A stretch of 61,741 nt of DNA, filler included, from an uncultured bacterium (lineage in GTDB: Bacteria; CAYSBA01): NCBI GenBank assembly GCA_964429075.1. It is 18 parts of 18 records of this genome, joined end to end, with 100 filler letters (N's around TTAATTAATTAA, not from the genome) between each part and the next. Parts side by side here need not be neighbours in the genome. Positions count along the whole stretch, not along the records: positions 7,161 to 10,586 come from CAYSBA010000203.1; positions 10,687 to 14,111 come from CAYSBA010000204.1; positions 14,212 to 17,624 come from CAYSBA010000205.1; positions 17,725 to 21,117 come from CAYSBA010000206.1; 14 more parts are not named here. One strand, 5' to 3'. Position 1 is the first letter of the stretch. Every line of letters begins with the position of its first letter. The notes under the pieces are model-generated. The model was given only the letters and a program-made list of their open reading frames with translations. It searched no databases and was not told where the DNA came from. This document shows positions 9,364-20,164 of the stretch, one piece after another. Made by a program: the position numbers and the translations under genes.

Positions 9364-10416
9364 GTGAGAATATCTTTTATCCTGTGGAGACATATCCTTT
9401 TTCGTTTCACAAGGACCTTTTTGATCCTGATTTTCTCCTTTATGCTTTTTGCATTTTTAACACAATTTATTAGGATGGGAGAGGACGCCCTTTCAGCTGG
9501 TGCTAACGGTAAGAGACTCTTATATCTATTTATCCTGACAATACCATATTTCATGCAGTATATAATTCCACTTTCACTCTGTATGTCAGCAGCTTTACTT
9601 TTTGGTAGTATGTCCAGACAGCATGAAACAACAGCAATTGAAAACACAGGTATCTCGCCACTTGAATCTACCTTTCCTGCAACTTTTATTACATTACTTA
9701 TGGGAGTCTTATTATTTTACAACATGGGATGGCTAAGACCCCTATCAATCAATAAAGGTGAAAGGGCAATCAAAAAGACTATTGTGGATGCAATCACAAA
9801 AGGGTTAAAGTCAGATTCTACCTTCGGTCTTCGATTCAATTCAACCTTTATACTCAGGAACAAAAAAAACACCTTTCTGTCTGTGAGTTCACAAAAAGGA
9901 CATAACATTTTTGTTTCTGGTATGCTAAAAGATCTAAAAAAGGAGCACAATACCCTTATTTTACACTTCAAAGATGGAAATATCTTCTCATTAAATAAAC
10001 GACTTCTCAAAGGAAGCTTTAACAATGTCAAGATAGGAATACCCTTTTCCATCAATCAGGGAGGGATGAAATATACCTCCTTTATAGAAGGGATAGATCT
10101 GCCAAGGGCATTTAAGGCATACAAAAGATCAAAAACACCTTTTATGGGCATAGTTATATATAGAGATTTTTTCACTCCCATTGCTGTGATCCTACTTTTT
10201 TTTATTGCACTTCAAAAAAGCTGGAGTCTTAAAAACAATTTTCCTTCTGCTTATGGGTATGTATCAATAGTTCTTGTTATACTATATTTCTGGGCACAAA
10301 GATATATGGAACACCTTGCAATATCAGATAGAATCAGCCCTCTTCTGGCAGAAACTATACCAGTTTCAATGCTATTTTTTATCTACCTATCTGGTCTCTG
10401 GATAGAGCGCAGATGA
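9364..10416 (+). CDS. lptF: LptF/LptG-family LPS export permease (LptF position)
   Basis: 3 TM + periplasmic domain + 3 TM, with motifs IPLS...FGSMSRQHETTAIENTGIS and ISPLLAETIP. Paired with a second permease. Confidence 0.7.
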   Translation: MRISFILWRHILFRFTRTFLILIFSFMLFAFLTQFIRMGEDALSAGANGKRLLYLFILTIPYFMQYIIPLSLCMSAALLFGSMSRQHETTAIENTGISPLESTFPATFITLLMGVLLFYNMGWLRPLSINKGERAIKKTIVDAITKGLKSDSTFGLRFNSTFILRNKKNTFLSVSSQKGHNIFVSGMLKDLKKEHNTLILHFKDGNIFSLNKRLLKGSFNNVKIGIPFSINQGGMKYTSFIEGIDLPRAFKAYKRSKTPFMGIVIYRDFFTPIAVILLFFIALQKSWSLKNNFPSAYGYVSIVLVILYFWAQRYMEHLAISDRISPLLAETIPVSMLFFIYLSGLWIERR

Positions 10417-10586
10417 GAACCCTATTCCCATATCTCTTTAAGTCTGCTTTTTCAATCTGTCTTTACACTATAATTATAATGGTACTGCTCTTTATCACAA
10501 TAGATTTTGCAGAAACTGCACCATACATACTCAGGGCTCCATCCCCGGCCATTATTTTCTTTCATTATTATATATCACAATTACCA
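10413..10586 (+). CDS. lptG: LptG-like permease, N-terminal fragment
   Basis: MRTLFPYL...LLFITIDF...YYISQLP. ATGA overlap with lptF; truncated by the linker. Confidence 0.6.
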
Positions 10587-10686
10587 NNNNNNNNNNNNNN
10601 NNNNNNNNNNNNNNNNNNNNNNNNNNNNNNTTAATTAATTAANNNNNNNNNNNNNNNNNNNNNNNNNNNNNNNNNNNNNNNNNNNN

Positions 10687-11845
10687 TCCTATTACTATCC
10701 CCTCCAGTAATAGAGTCATTTATCCTTTTGAACAGGGATGATAGGTGAGAAAGTGCCTTTGCAGTATTAAAGTCGTCAGAGAGAGATTTAACTACTTTTT
10801 CATAAGTCCCTCTTGTAAATTCATCTTCCAGTGACTCAGAAGGTGTTATGCCCATATCCTTTACCCGTTTTATCGTTTCGTACATATACTGGAGGGAACG
10901 TGAGGAAGAAACAAGGTCTTCTTCTGTAAATGATATAGGAGATCTGTAGTGAGTTCTCAGGATGTAAAGTTTTAGTGCCTCAGGATGGGTCTTTTTGTAT
11001 ATATCCCTGAGATTCAGGATGTTCCCAATGGATTTACTCATCTTTTCTGATCCCATATTGACAAATCCGTTATGGAGCCAGTAGTTCACAAACCTCTTCC
11101 CAAAGGCACATTCACTCTGTGCAATCTCATTTTCATGGTGAGGGAATATCAAATCCCTGCCACCACCATGTATATCAAAGGGTACGCCTAAGATACTCTC
11201 GCTCATTACACTGCACTCAATGTGCCAGCCTGGTCTTCCTCTACCCCATGGACTTTCCCACCATGGTTCATCTGGCTTTGCAGACTTCCAGAGAGCAAAA
11301 TCAAGCGGATTTTTCTTCCTCTTATCTATCTCCACCCTTGCACCTGCCATCATATCTCGCAGGTCACGACCGGACAGTCTCCCGTATGCACCAAATGACT
11401 CAACCTCAAAAAACACATCACCATCAACCACATAGGCATGTCCTTTTTTGATAAGACTATCTATGACCTCTATCATTCGGTCGATAAATTCCGTAGCCCT
11501 TGGCTCATAATCTGGATCTAAGAGACCAAGGCGTTTAAAATCTGTTTTGAATTCCTGAATGTACTTTTTGGCTATTTCATCCCAGCTCTTGTTATCTTTA
11601 TTTGCTCTATTTATAATCTTATCATCAATATCAGTAAAATTTCTACAGTAGGTAACCCTATAGCCAAGATGTCTTAAAAATCTGTAGACAACATCAAATA
11701 CACAGTATACCCTCGCATGACCAATATGACAGAGATCATATACTGTAACCCCACAGACATACATCCTGATCTCATCTTTAATAAGAGGCTCAAAGTCCTC
11801 TTTCCTATTGCTCATTGTATTGGTTACCTTCAGTTTCCTTTCCAT
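10687..11845 (-). CDS. cysS: Cysteine--tRNA ligase (3'-truncated)
   Basis: YVCGVTVYDLCHIGHAR, NFTDIDDKII, GRPGWHIECS, FPHHENE, KMSKS. Confidence 0.97.
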
Positions 11846-14031
11846 CGTCTCCTCATAATCTGTGATAAGATTAAAAGAGTAAATAGCAGAAAACCACTAT
11901 CATATGTACCCGGTATACTGCAGCCATAAGATTTGAGATCTTTAAGCTCCAATTCATTATATTTATTATCCTCTTTTGTTGAGTAAAGAGTTTTTTTCTC
12001 TTTTTCCTGCATCTTAAATGGATGGTCTATCTCCAGCTGTTTATAAAACAGGCCTGCCTTTTTAGCATAGGCCACAAGATGAACCTCACCTTCTTTTAAG
12101 AGCTTCAACAGAGGGGTTGAAATTATAAATAAACCATCTCCTTTTGGCCTAGCCCGTATCATGACTCCATGATTAATGGAAAAACCGACAAGAAGGTCTT
12201 TATTATCAAAGTGTGCAAAACAGGCATATGAATCGCAGTAAAAGTCAACAAGACTAACCGATCTTGTTATCGGGTTAGAGCTATAGTCTGTGAATCTGAA
12301 TAGAAATCCCAGAAAGGTCTTTGAACCATCCTGTTCATTATTATATGCCACAGGACCATCACCAACAATGTCAAATGACAGCTCTCCTGTAGAAAGATCA
12401 GGGATCGAAATGGGTTGTAGTCCAGTTATCGGTAACATATCAAGAGCCATATCAATAAATGAACCAAAGCCATCAGCCAGTTCCTGTGGATCTTCTGAGA
12501 GAAGCTCACTATTTATAACCCTGATATTGCTTGCAACGATTCCCCTGTCTTTAAAAAGAGGCAGTATCTGCCTGACCCCATTGTTATCTTCAGTTATAAT
12601 AAGACCGATGTCTAATCTGGCATCAAAGAGAACGGTCATAACTCTTAAAATCCTCTCTTCAATCACGATATATACATCAACTGCAAGATCAGGTATTGTT
12701 ATTGAGAGAGCCGGGGTATTAAGTATATACCCATCGTCTGTCTCCTCTATCTGCTGCTGATTTATATTAACAGTTGCTGCCTTTGTGGGTCTTATTCGCA
12801 AAAGGGCAGGAACATTCTGAGAATGTGTAAGTCTTTCGATAGAGGGTGCTATTGTGGACAGGGTGCTGCTATTTAAAATAGATACTGAATCAGAGCCCAT
12901 ATCTATGCATAAAAATCCTCCTGTCTCTAAGGACCATATAAGCTCTTCAAAAAATTGTCTGGACAAAAAAACTCCTGCATGAAAGTTTTGGCTGTTAAAT
13001 TGATCCGGTATATCTGGCAGGATTGGAGCCTCCCTCTGATGCATCGGTATTGGCCCGGCGCAATGAGATATCCTTTCAGAATAGGAACCTGTCAGAAGTG
13101 GAAGATCAAGACCATCAGCCCTTACAAATGCCTCCTGCTGGTGATCATTTCTGTCACCAGCTATAATATGTAAAAAAAGAGGTTGAACTTTTGAATTAAA
13201 GATGTCGTTACCATTTATGTTCGTTGTATCAACAAGGCCAAGAATACCAGAAGGAGAGGGTACACAGTCTGAATCTCCCTGGCAATAATTATCTGTGCAG
13301 GTTGTTTGATAGGGACAGCCATAAGAAAAGGCATTACAGGATAGACATCTGGCCTGATCTATAGCACTCTGGATTTGATTGCCCATAACAAGATTGCTCT
13401 GTATGGCCTCTACAAGGAGTGTCTTAAGGATATCAATATTCTCAATATTACCACACAGGCCCTGGCTCAGCTGAATATTATCCGGAGAAAGTTGCCAGTT
13501 CATATGTACAGTATACCCAAGCCACGAAACCTCAGAATCTATTCGAAGATCAAGACCCACCTCAAGAGGTGTCGAATCTATACCAGCAAGATCGATATCA
13601 CAGTCAGGGGTACCTCGTAATGTAATAACTCCAGAGATTATATCAAGTGTAAGATTTATTGAAATATGATTGGGTGCCTGGAGTGAAAGACTTTGATCGA
13701 CTATCCTCGCATCAATTGGACATGTATTTTCACAAACAGTGGCATCGATAACGCACCCCAAATAGGGTACACATCCCTGTTGAACCTGTGAAGGAGGCAC
13801 ATCTATATGGATCACATCCCCGCCACCTGTAAATGCAGAAATTAGATAAGATAGATTGTTGTTTAAAAAATCAATGCCAGCAGGTGTGATTCTAATCAGA
13901 CCACCATGTTTTATTCGCATACTATCCTGAAAATCTGACTCAGGTGGCTCTACACACCCTCCACAACCACCGGTTTGACCACAGGAAATATAGATCAGGA
14001 CCAAAAATAGAACCAAGAAAAGTCTCTTCAT
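11830..14031 (-). CDS. Large lipoprotein with BPI/LBP-like segments and a MYXO-CTERM-like C-terminal sorting signal
   Basis: Lipobox YISC followed by GGCGGC; IRITPAGIDFL and GVFLSRQFFEELIWSL...GGFL segments; C-terminus GCS...LLFTLLILSQIMRRR. Confidence 0.6.
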   Translation of the reverse strand: MKRLFLVLFLVLIYISCGQTGGCGGCVEPPESDFQDSMRIKHGGLIRITPAGIDFLNNNLSYLISAFTGGGDVIHIDVPPSQVQQGCVPYLGCVIDATVCENTCPIDARIVDQSLSLQAPNHISINLTLDIISGVITLRGTPDCDIDLAGIDSTPLEVGLDLRIDSEVSWLGYTVHMNWQLSPDNIQLSQGLCGNIENIDILKTLLVEAIQSNLVMGNQIQSAIDQARCLSCNAFSYGCPYQTTCTDNYCQGDSDCVPSPSGILGLVDTTNINGNDIFNSKVQPLFLHIIAGDRNDHQQEAFVRADGLDLPLLTGSYSERISHCAGPIPMHQREAPILPDIPDQFNSQNFHAGVFLSRQFFEELIWSLETGGFLCIDMGSDSVSILNSSTLSTIAPSIERLTHSQNVPALLRIRPTKAATVNINQQQIEETDDGYILNTPALSITIPDLAVDVYIVIEERILRVMTVLFDARLDIGLIITEDNNGVRQILPLFKDRGIVASNIRVINSELLSEDPQELADGFGSFIDMALDMLPITGLQPISIPDLSTGELSFDIVGDGPVAYNNEQDGSKTFLGFLFRFTDYSSNPITRSVSLVDFYCDSYACFAHFDNKDLLVGFSINHGVMIRARPKGDGLFIISTPLLKLLKEGEVHLVAYAKKAGLFYKQLEIDHPFKMQEKEKKTLYSTKEDNKYNELELKDLKSYGCSIPGTYDSGFLLFTLLILSQIMRRRWKGN

Positions 14032-14211
14032 GGTTGTAATAATATAGTTTTATTGAACTAAAAGTCAAATTTCAATAGCATGCATCTCTATAATTTTACA
14101 CACAAACTACANNNNNNNNNNNNNNNNNNNNNNNNNNNNNNNNNNNNNNNNNNNNTTAATTAATTAANNNNNNNNNNNNNNNNNNNNNNNNNNNNNNNNN
14201 NNNNNNNNNNN

Positions 14212-14442
14212 AGATATCTATCACCAGAAGACTTCAGAAGGACCCTTAGCTTTTTCAAAAAACACTACTTAATAAAGAAGGGAGTAAAATTGATATGGAT
14301 CATAAATCTTCCGTCTATAAAGGCCGTACATTTTATGAATAAAAGACCAGACAGAAAGAGTGATGGTGTTAATCTTTATCTTTATAACAGAGAGGTAAAA
14401 TACTTTATCCTTCCAAGGGGAAAAAGAGATGAAAGGAAATAG
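14212..14442 (+). CDS. C-terminal fragment of a hypothetical protein
   Basis: Open frame from the scaffold edge (RYLSPEDFRRTLSFF...LPSIKAVHF...DGVNLYLY...EVKYFILPR) ending in TAG and overlapping the next start. Confidence 0.45.
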   Translation, partial: RYLSPEDFRRTLSFFKKHYLIKKGVKLIWIINLPSIKAVHFMNKRPDRKSDGVNLYLYNREVKYFILPRGKRDERK

Positions 14443-15853
14443 ACTGTTGTTTTTGTGTAGCATAATTTTTACAGCGATCTTTTTTGTCTCAAAAACAGAG
14501 GCTGCTGGATATCATTACAACGATCTGGGTGTTGTTGCAACATCAATGGGTGGTGCGGTATCAGCAACGCTAAACGATGGCGCCTCACTCTGGTATAATC
14601 CTGCAGGTATAGGTACAGCCAGTGGACTAAAACTAACTTTGGATATTTCATACCTTGATTACAACCTGAAGTACACGGAAGTACAATATCTTCCTGATGG
14701 TACCTATCAAGATCCATCTGAACCAATAGAAAATAAGGCGTGGACCTACCCCGTTCCTGTTATTGCAGTAACGTACGATTTTGGATTAAAAAATTTTACA
14801 AGCGCTCTATCATTCTGGGGCGTGCCCGGCATCCACAAGACCTCTTTTTATGGAAATGATGTAGAGCCAATGCCTGGAAGATATAGTTCACTTGAATCGA
14901 GGATTTACCAAACATTTCTTGAAGCAGCTGTTGCCTACAGACCTGTTGATATGTTGATACTTGGATTTTCTTTTGGATATACCGATACAAGAAGTGGAGC
15001 AGATCAATATATCAATCTCTCAAGCAAGCCTTTTGATCCACAGAACCCAGAAAAATACTACAAATATGATGCAAAGGTTGTGCTGGATGTGGCAGATTAC
15101 TTTTCTCCATCAGGTTCAATTGGCCTTATTGCCCTTTTGCCAGGTGACCTCAGATTTGCTCTATCATACCGATTCCCAACAAGCGCAAAGATGGATGGTA
15201 GTCTGACAGTCAATCTGCCAGAACCTTTGATAGATGCTCTTGGAAAGGACCAGATTAAAAAGAAGGTCTATTTAAACAACACACTTCCTTACATTTTCAG
15301 ATTAGGTCTTGCATACAGTGGAATAGATAGATTACTTGTTGAATTTGATTATGTAAAAGAGGCGTGGTCAAGTATAAAAGAGTATGTAATAGATATTGAA
15401 CCCAACAATCTAAAACAGGAACTTGGTATCGATGCAACAATAGATGATATTACTGTTCCAAAACACTGGAAAGATTCAGATTCATATAGAATTGGTCTTT
15501 CATATGACTTTGGTGATATATTGCAGCCAATCGCAAAGAGTTTTGTTATCAGGGCAGGCGGTTCCTACGAAACGAGTGCCATACCACCACAATACCTCGG
15601 TATAGATGCTATGGATTCAAATAAGTATACTTTTTCCTTTGGTTTCTCCCTCTCTTCTGAAAAGCTCGAATGGCTTTTGTCTTACACAAGGATTCAGTAT
15701 CAGGATGTCTACCTCAGAGACTCAAAGATGGAAAATGTTGCTCCAGCGGTGAATGTGCTTGGTGGTTTTGGAGGAAACTCAATCCCTATAAACAACGGAG
15801 ACTATAAGGCAAATATGAATATCGTCTCTACCGGAATCAGGGCCAGATGGTAA
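14429..15853 (+). CDS. FadL/OmpP1/TodX-family outer membrane transport protein
   Basis: Signal peptide, MGGAVSA...DGASLWYNPAG hatch motif, WKDSDSYRIG and RAGGSYETSAIP, aromatic C-terminal W. Confidence 0.85.
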   Translation: MKGNRLLFLCSIIFTAIFFVSKTEAAGYHYNDLGVVATSMGGAVSATLNDGASLWYNPAGIGTASGLKLTLDISYLDYNLKYTEVQYLPDGTYQDPSEPIENKAWTYPVPVIAVTYDFGLKNFTSALSFWGVPGIHKTSFYGNDVEPMPGRYSSLESRIYQTFLEAAVAYRPVDMLILGFSFGYTDTRSGADQYINLSSKPFDPQNPEKYYKYDAKVVLDVADYFSPSGSIGLIALLPGDLRFALSYRFPTSAKMDGSLTVNLPEPLIDALGKDQIKKKVYLNNTLPYIFRLGLAYSGIDRLLVEFDYVKEAWSSIKEYVIDIEPNNLKQELGIDATIDDITVPKHWKDSDSYRIGLSYDFGDILQPIAKSFVIRAGGSYETSAIPPQYLGIDAMDSNKYTFSFGFSLSSEKLEWLLSYTRIQYQDVYLRDSKMENVAPAVNVLGGFGGNSIPINNGDYKANMNIVSTGIRARW

Positions 15854-15901
15854 CCCTATTCACTATTTGCATAAATCGCATTATTTTATTAATACAACAA
15901 A

Positions 15902-15978
<77 letters not shown>

Positions 15979-16003
15979 AGGTAAATGTTGTGAGGAGGAA
16001 GAA

Positions 16004-16327
16004 ATGGAAAAGGATGAAAGGAGGCTTTCAAGGAGAGTTCCTCTTGACATATGGGTTGAAGAGATAGGAGAGGATACGGTATATTTCTACAGGACAGAAG
16101 ATATAAGTCTTGGTGGCATATCCTTTAAACAGACCATACCCCATCCTGTTGGTACCGAATTAAACCTAAAATTTAAGCTACCAAATATGGACAAGGAGAT
16201 GATTGTAGTTGGTAAAGTTGTTAATATCAAAAAGGATGATGAGTCTATTGGCATGGGTGTAAAGTTTATAAAATTACCAGAAGATGTTATCAGGGCAATC
16301 GAGGAATATATAGAATCGATGATATAA
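16004..16327 (+). CDS. Single-domain PilZ c-di-GMP receptor
   Basis: ERRLSRR (RxxxR) and DISLGG (DxSxxG), plus GMGVKF. The ATG at 16004 follows a GAGGAGG RBS; the listed 15929 start lies inside the tRNA. Confidence 0.88.
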   Translation: MEKDERRLSRRVPLDIWVEEIGEDTVYFYRTEDISLGGISFKQTIPHPVGTELNLKFKLPNMDKEMIVVGKVVNIKKDDESIGMGVKFIKLPEDVIRAIEEYIESMI

Positions 16328-16404
16328 GGAAATGCTAAATATTTGCATTAGCCCACTGTTTATAGTAAAGTGTTTTTTAACAATAGAGTGATGTTTGAGG
16401 GAAA

Positions 16405-17624
16405 ATGGTAAAGAAGAAGGATAACATGGCAGATGATGAAGATAAGACCTTGATAGAAGAGGTCAAGGTACCGGGTCCATCAGTAAGAAGGAAGATAAAA
16501 AAAAAGACAGAAACTCAATTCGACGAAGATAAGACAGACCCTGAAATACCATTTATAGATGATAAAGAAGAGGATGTTGCACGGGTAAGTAAAAGACCGG
16601 GAAGATTTACAGCAGCAGAACTAATGCCAGAGGCAGATGCATCGGGACAGGTAAGAAAGAGAGGAGAGGCCGGTTACACTCCTTTAAGCGATGAAAAGAC
16701 AAGAGTTGGGGCCATATCGTCTGTATCTGATGAAAAGACAGTAGTTGGACCAACAGTTCAAAAAAGACCTGTTGGCATGCTCAAAATCACATACGGTGCA
16801 AATGAGGGAGAGGAGTTCAGTCTTTTACCAAGAAACTATGTGATCGGTAGAAAGGCAGATTGTGACATTGTGATAGAGGATATTGGTGCTTCGCGCAGAC
16901 ATGCAGAGCTTATCTATGATGGGGAATCCTTTATCTTAAAGGATCTTGGTAGTGCTAATGGAACCTTAGTTAATGGTGCTCCGATTAAAGAGATATCACT
17001 TTCTGATGGTGATGAAATCTCAATAGGAAATACAAAGTTCGTTTTTACTGGCAAGGGACGGGATGGTGTTAAGAGTACAACCGTAAAAAAGGCATTGAGA
17101 TCAGTACTCGGTCAAAAGATGCAACATCAGGATGTGGTTGTTCAGGATGCTTCAAAAAAGAGCAAGACGAATAAAAAGAGACTAATCCTTTATGGTTCTG
17201 CCTTTGGAATATTGTTATTGATGATGATCCTTGTAGTTGTTGGTGGGAAAAAGAGAAAGACACTTCAGGCAGTATCTGGTAAGCCCCATACAGGCGGTGG
17301 TAGTGCTGTAGATATAAATAATATCTTTATTGATGGTGTTAAGGCCTTCAAAGAAAAGAGGTGGAAGGATGCGGAGTTAAAATTTGTTCAACTACTTACC
17401 CTTTCTCCTGGCAACAAGAAATATAAGATATATCTCGATACAGTGAGAAAGGAACTTGATGCCCAAGAGAAGCTAAAAAAAGCTGAGGCTTTTTTAGAGG
17501 AAGGCAAGGATAAGGAGGCAGAGGTTATCTTCTCTCTGATACCAAAAGATACAGATGCATACAAGAAAATCCAAGAAATAAAAGAGAAGAGAAAAAGAGA
17601 AATCGTCTCTGGCCTGATAAAAGA
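16405..17624 (+). CDS. FHA-domain membrane protein with periplasmic TPR-like region (3'-truncated)
   Basis: FHA motifs IGR...SRRHA...DLGSANGTLVNG...GDEISIG, one TM helix, then helical TPR-like repeats. Confidence 0.85.
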
Positions 17625-17724
17625 NNNNNNNNNNNNNNNNNNNNNNNNNNNNNNNNNNNNNNNNNNNNTTAATTAATTAANNNNNNNNNNNNNNNNNNNN
17701 NNNNNNNNNNNNNNNNNNNNNNNN

Positions 17725-19878
17725 ATCGGTGATGTTCTGTGCGACAAAGACGGTTTCAGAGTATGCTGGTATAATAAAGAGGGATGTTCAGAGTGGAGCG
17801 ATGTGGTCTATAGCTGCCCTGAAAGTACCACCTGCAGCCTGGGCAGATGTATACCTGATAGCTACAACTGTGAACCTGAATGTGTTGTTGGAAGCAGGAT
17901 GTGTGATGAAGATGGTTACAGGGTATGCTGGTACGACTCTATGGGTTGCCCTGTATGGAGCGATAAGATATTTAAGTGTGATGATGGGTTGGAATGCAGT
18001 AATGGAGTGTGTGTAGTACCTCAACCCCAATGCAATAACAACTGTACACCCTCTGAAAAAAAGTGTGATAACAACGATATAATGGTCTGTGGAGACTGGG
18101 ATCAAGATGGTTGTGGTGAGTGGAAGAGGTTAACAACCTGCTCAGGTGATACAGAATGTTCAAAAGGTGACTGTATACCTGTAAATCCCACTTGTAGCGA
18201 CGAATGCAGTACTGCAGATCAGGTCGTATGTTCTGGAGCCAATGCACTTAAATTGTGTGCAGATGTGGATCAGGACGGCTGTCTCGAATGGAGTGATCCG
18301 ATCCCATGTCCGGTCAATTCAGAGTGTAATGACGGTAGATGTGGTGAGCAATCAAGCTCATGTCAATCGGTCTGTAACCCAGGTCAGACGGAATGTATTG
18401 ATGAATCTTCATTCCATATTTGTGGTGATTTTGATGGTAATGGTTGCAATGAATGGGGTAGTCCTATTTTATGCCCCACCAACAGTATGTGTGATGGCGG
18501 ATATTGTACAGATGCACAATCTACATGCCAGTCTGAATGTGATATTGGTCAGAGTATTTGTGATACTCAAAATAAATTTAAGATCTGCGGAGATTTTGAT
18601 CAGGATGGCTGCCTTGAATGGAGCACCCCAGTAGATTGTGGTCCTTTCCGCTCATGTCTGGATGGAACCTGTGTGTGCAATGATGAGTGTAATCCTGGAG
18701 AGACAAAATGTGTTGATAATAGTGTTGTAAGTTGTGTTGACATAGATGGATGTTACATGTGGGGTAGTCCTGTATCATGTAGCTATAATCAGATCTGCAC
18801 CCAGGGTGCCTGTATTGATTCCTTAAAAGTATTCTTTATAGATGTTGGCGAGGGTAATTCTACACTACTGGTGTATCCAGATGGTACAAGAATGCTTGTG
18901 GATGGAGGTCGTGAAGGCGTAGGGAGGCTGAAAGTTGTACCATTTATGGCAGGTCAGGGTGTCTTTAGCCTTGATGTTGTAGTTGCAACCCATCCTGATG
19001 AAGATCATATTGGTGGATTAGACGAGGTGATGGATTCATTGAATGTGGATGAATTCTGGTACAATGAGGATTCTTCACAGACACAGGCCTTTAACAACAT
19101 GATGTCGGTTGTTCAAAATAAAAATATACCTATTAGAGTGCTACAGCAGGACGATATCTTTAATTACGGAAATAGTAAGGTTTGGGTTTTAAATTCCTTT
19201 GATGGCTATAGTGCCACCAATCCAAATTCTGTTGTTTTAAAAGTATCACAAGATGCCTATTCTGTACTTCTACCAGCTGATATAGATGAAACTGAGGGAG
19301 ACGATCTTGTAAATGATTATGGATCATCATTGAAATCCAATGTCTTAGAAGCACCACATCACGGGACAAAAGATGTATCATTAAATTTTGTCCAGAAGGT
19401 TGCTCCAGATTATACTATCGTTTCAGTTGGTCCAAACCTCTACGGTCATCCAACCCATGAGGCATTAAATGCGTACAAGGATATTGGTAGTGGAATTTGT
19501 AGGACTGATCAAGAGGGAGATATTGAGCTTCTTATATACCCATCAAACTTGATACTTGATTGTTCAACCCTTGAAAGAGATACCCTGAATGGTAGTCTAA
19601 AGATTCTATCTATAGACCCTATAGCAGAAATTGTTACTTTTCAGGCAATAGGTGCAGTAAATATCTATGACTGGTTTATAGACGACCTCTCTGGAAGGCG
19701 TTATAGGTTTGGTAATATCAGCCTACCTGATGGATGGATTTTACATCTCCATACAGGCAACGGATCGGATACATCCACCGACATATACTGGAATACCCAG
19801 TCTGTATGGAACAACGATTCAGACAGCGCATTTTTATATAACGCTGCCGGGGTACTTGTGGATAGCTATTCTTACTGA
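17725..19878 (+). CDS. Cys-rich repeat + ComEC/Rec2-type metallo-beta-lactamase domain + lamin-tail (LTD) domain protein, 5'-truncated
   Basis: The frame is open from the scaffold edge. CG/ADxDxDGCxEW repeats; IDVGEG, VDGG, THPDEDHIGG, PHHG, YGHP, RTDQEG; LTD-like ending VWNNDSDSAFLYNAAGVLVD. Confidence 0.8.
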   Translation: MGDVLCDKDGFRVCWYNKEGCSEWSDVVYSCPESTTCSLGRCIPDSYNCEPECVVGSRMCDEDGYRVCWYDSMGCPVWSDKIFKCDDGLECSNGVCVVPQPQCNNNCTPSEKKCDNNDIMVCGDWDQDGCGEWKRLTTCSGDTECSKGDCIPVNPTCSDECSTADQVVCSGANALKLCADVDQDGCLEWSDPIPCPVNSECNDGRCGEQSSSCQSVCNPGQTECIDESSFHICGDFDGNGCNEWGSPILCPTNSMCDGGYCTDAQSTCQSECDIGQSICDTQNKFKICGDFDQDGCLEWSTPVDCGPFRSCLDGTCVCNDECNPGETKCVDNSVVSCVDIDGCYMWGSPVSCSYNQICTQGACIDSLKVFFIDVGEGNSTLLVYPDGTRMLVDGGREGVGRLKVVPFMAGQGVFSLDVVVATHPDEDHIGGLDEVMDSLNVDEFWYNEDSSQTQAFNNMMSVVQNKNIPIRVLQQDDIFNYGNSKVWVLNSFDGYSATNPNSVVLKVSQDAYSVLLPADIDETEGDDLVNDYGSSLKSNVLEAPHHGTKDVSLNFVQKVAPDYTIVSVGPNLYGHPTHEALNAYKDIGSGICRTDQEGDIELLIYPSNLILDCSTLERDTLNGSLKILSIDPIAEIVTFQAIGAVNIYDWFIDDLSGRRYRFGNISLPDGWILHLHTGNGSDTSTDIYWNTQSVWNNDSDSAFLYNAAGVLVDSYSY

Positions 19879-19879
19879 T

Positions 19880-20122
19880 TTAGATCCCGCAGGTTGTACA
19901 GGAGGTGGGTGTCGAGCATGTTGTACAGGATGAACCAGAGTTTGTGATAGAGCTTGTGATACCGTCAGATTTGCTAACTGCTGAGAATGTGGACATAACC
20001 CTTTTTGTATCCTTTTCCCCGCAGTGTTTACAAACCACACTGTCTGGATCTTCTGTCGAGGAGATTATCAGCTCCTCAAAGCGTTTTCCACATGAATTAC
20101 ATATGTATTCAAATATTGGCAT
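19880..20122 (-). CDS. FmdB-family zinc ribbon protein
   Basis: MPIFEYICNSCGKRFE...CKHCG...RVMSTF, with a C-terminal CTTCSTPTSCTTC. Confidence 0.88.
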   Translation of the reverse strand: MPIFEYICNSCGKRFEELIISSTEDPDSVVCKHCGEKDTKRVMSTFSAVSKSDGITSSITNSGSSCTTCSTPTSCTTCGI

Positions 20123-20164
20123 ATTACATATATAATAATTGTCATTGAATTAGTCAAGAGGCGA

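Noticed and set aside
15979-17624. Genomic island integrated at tRNA-Arg
   Set aside because: No integrase, att duplication or mobile genes are present on this scaffold.
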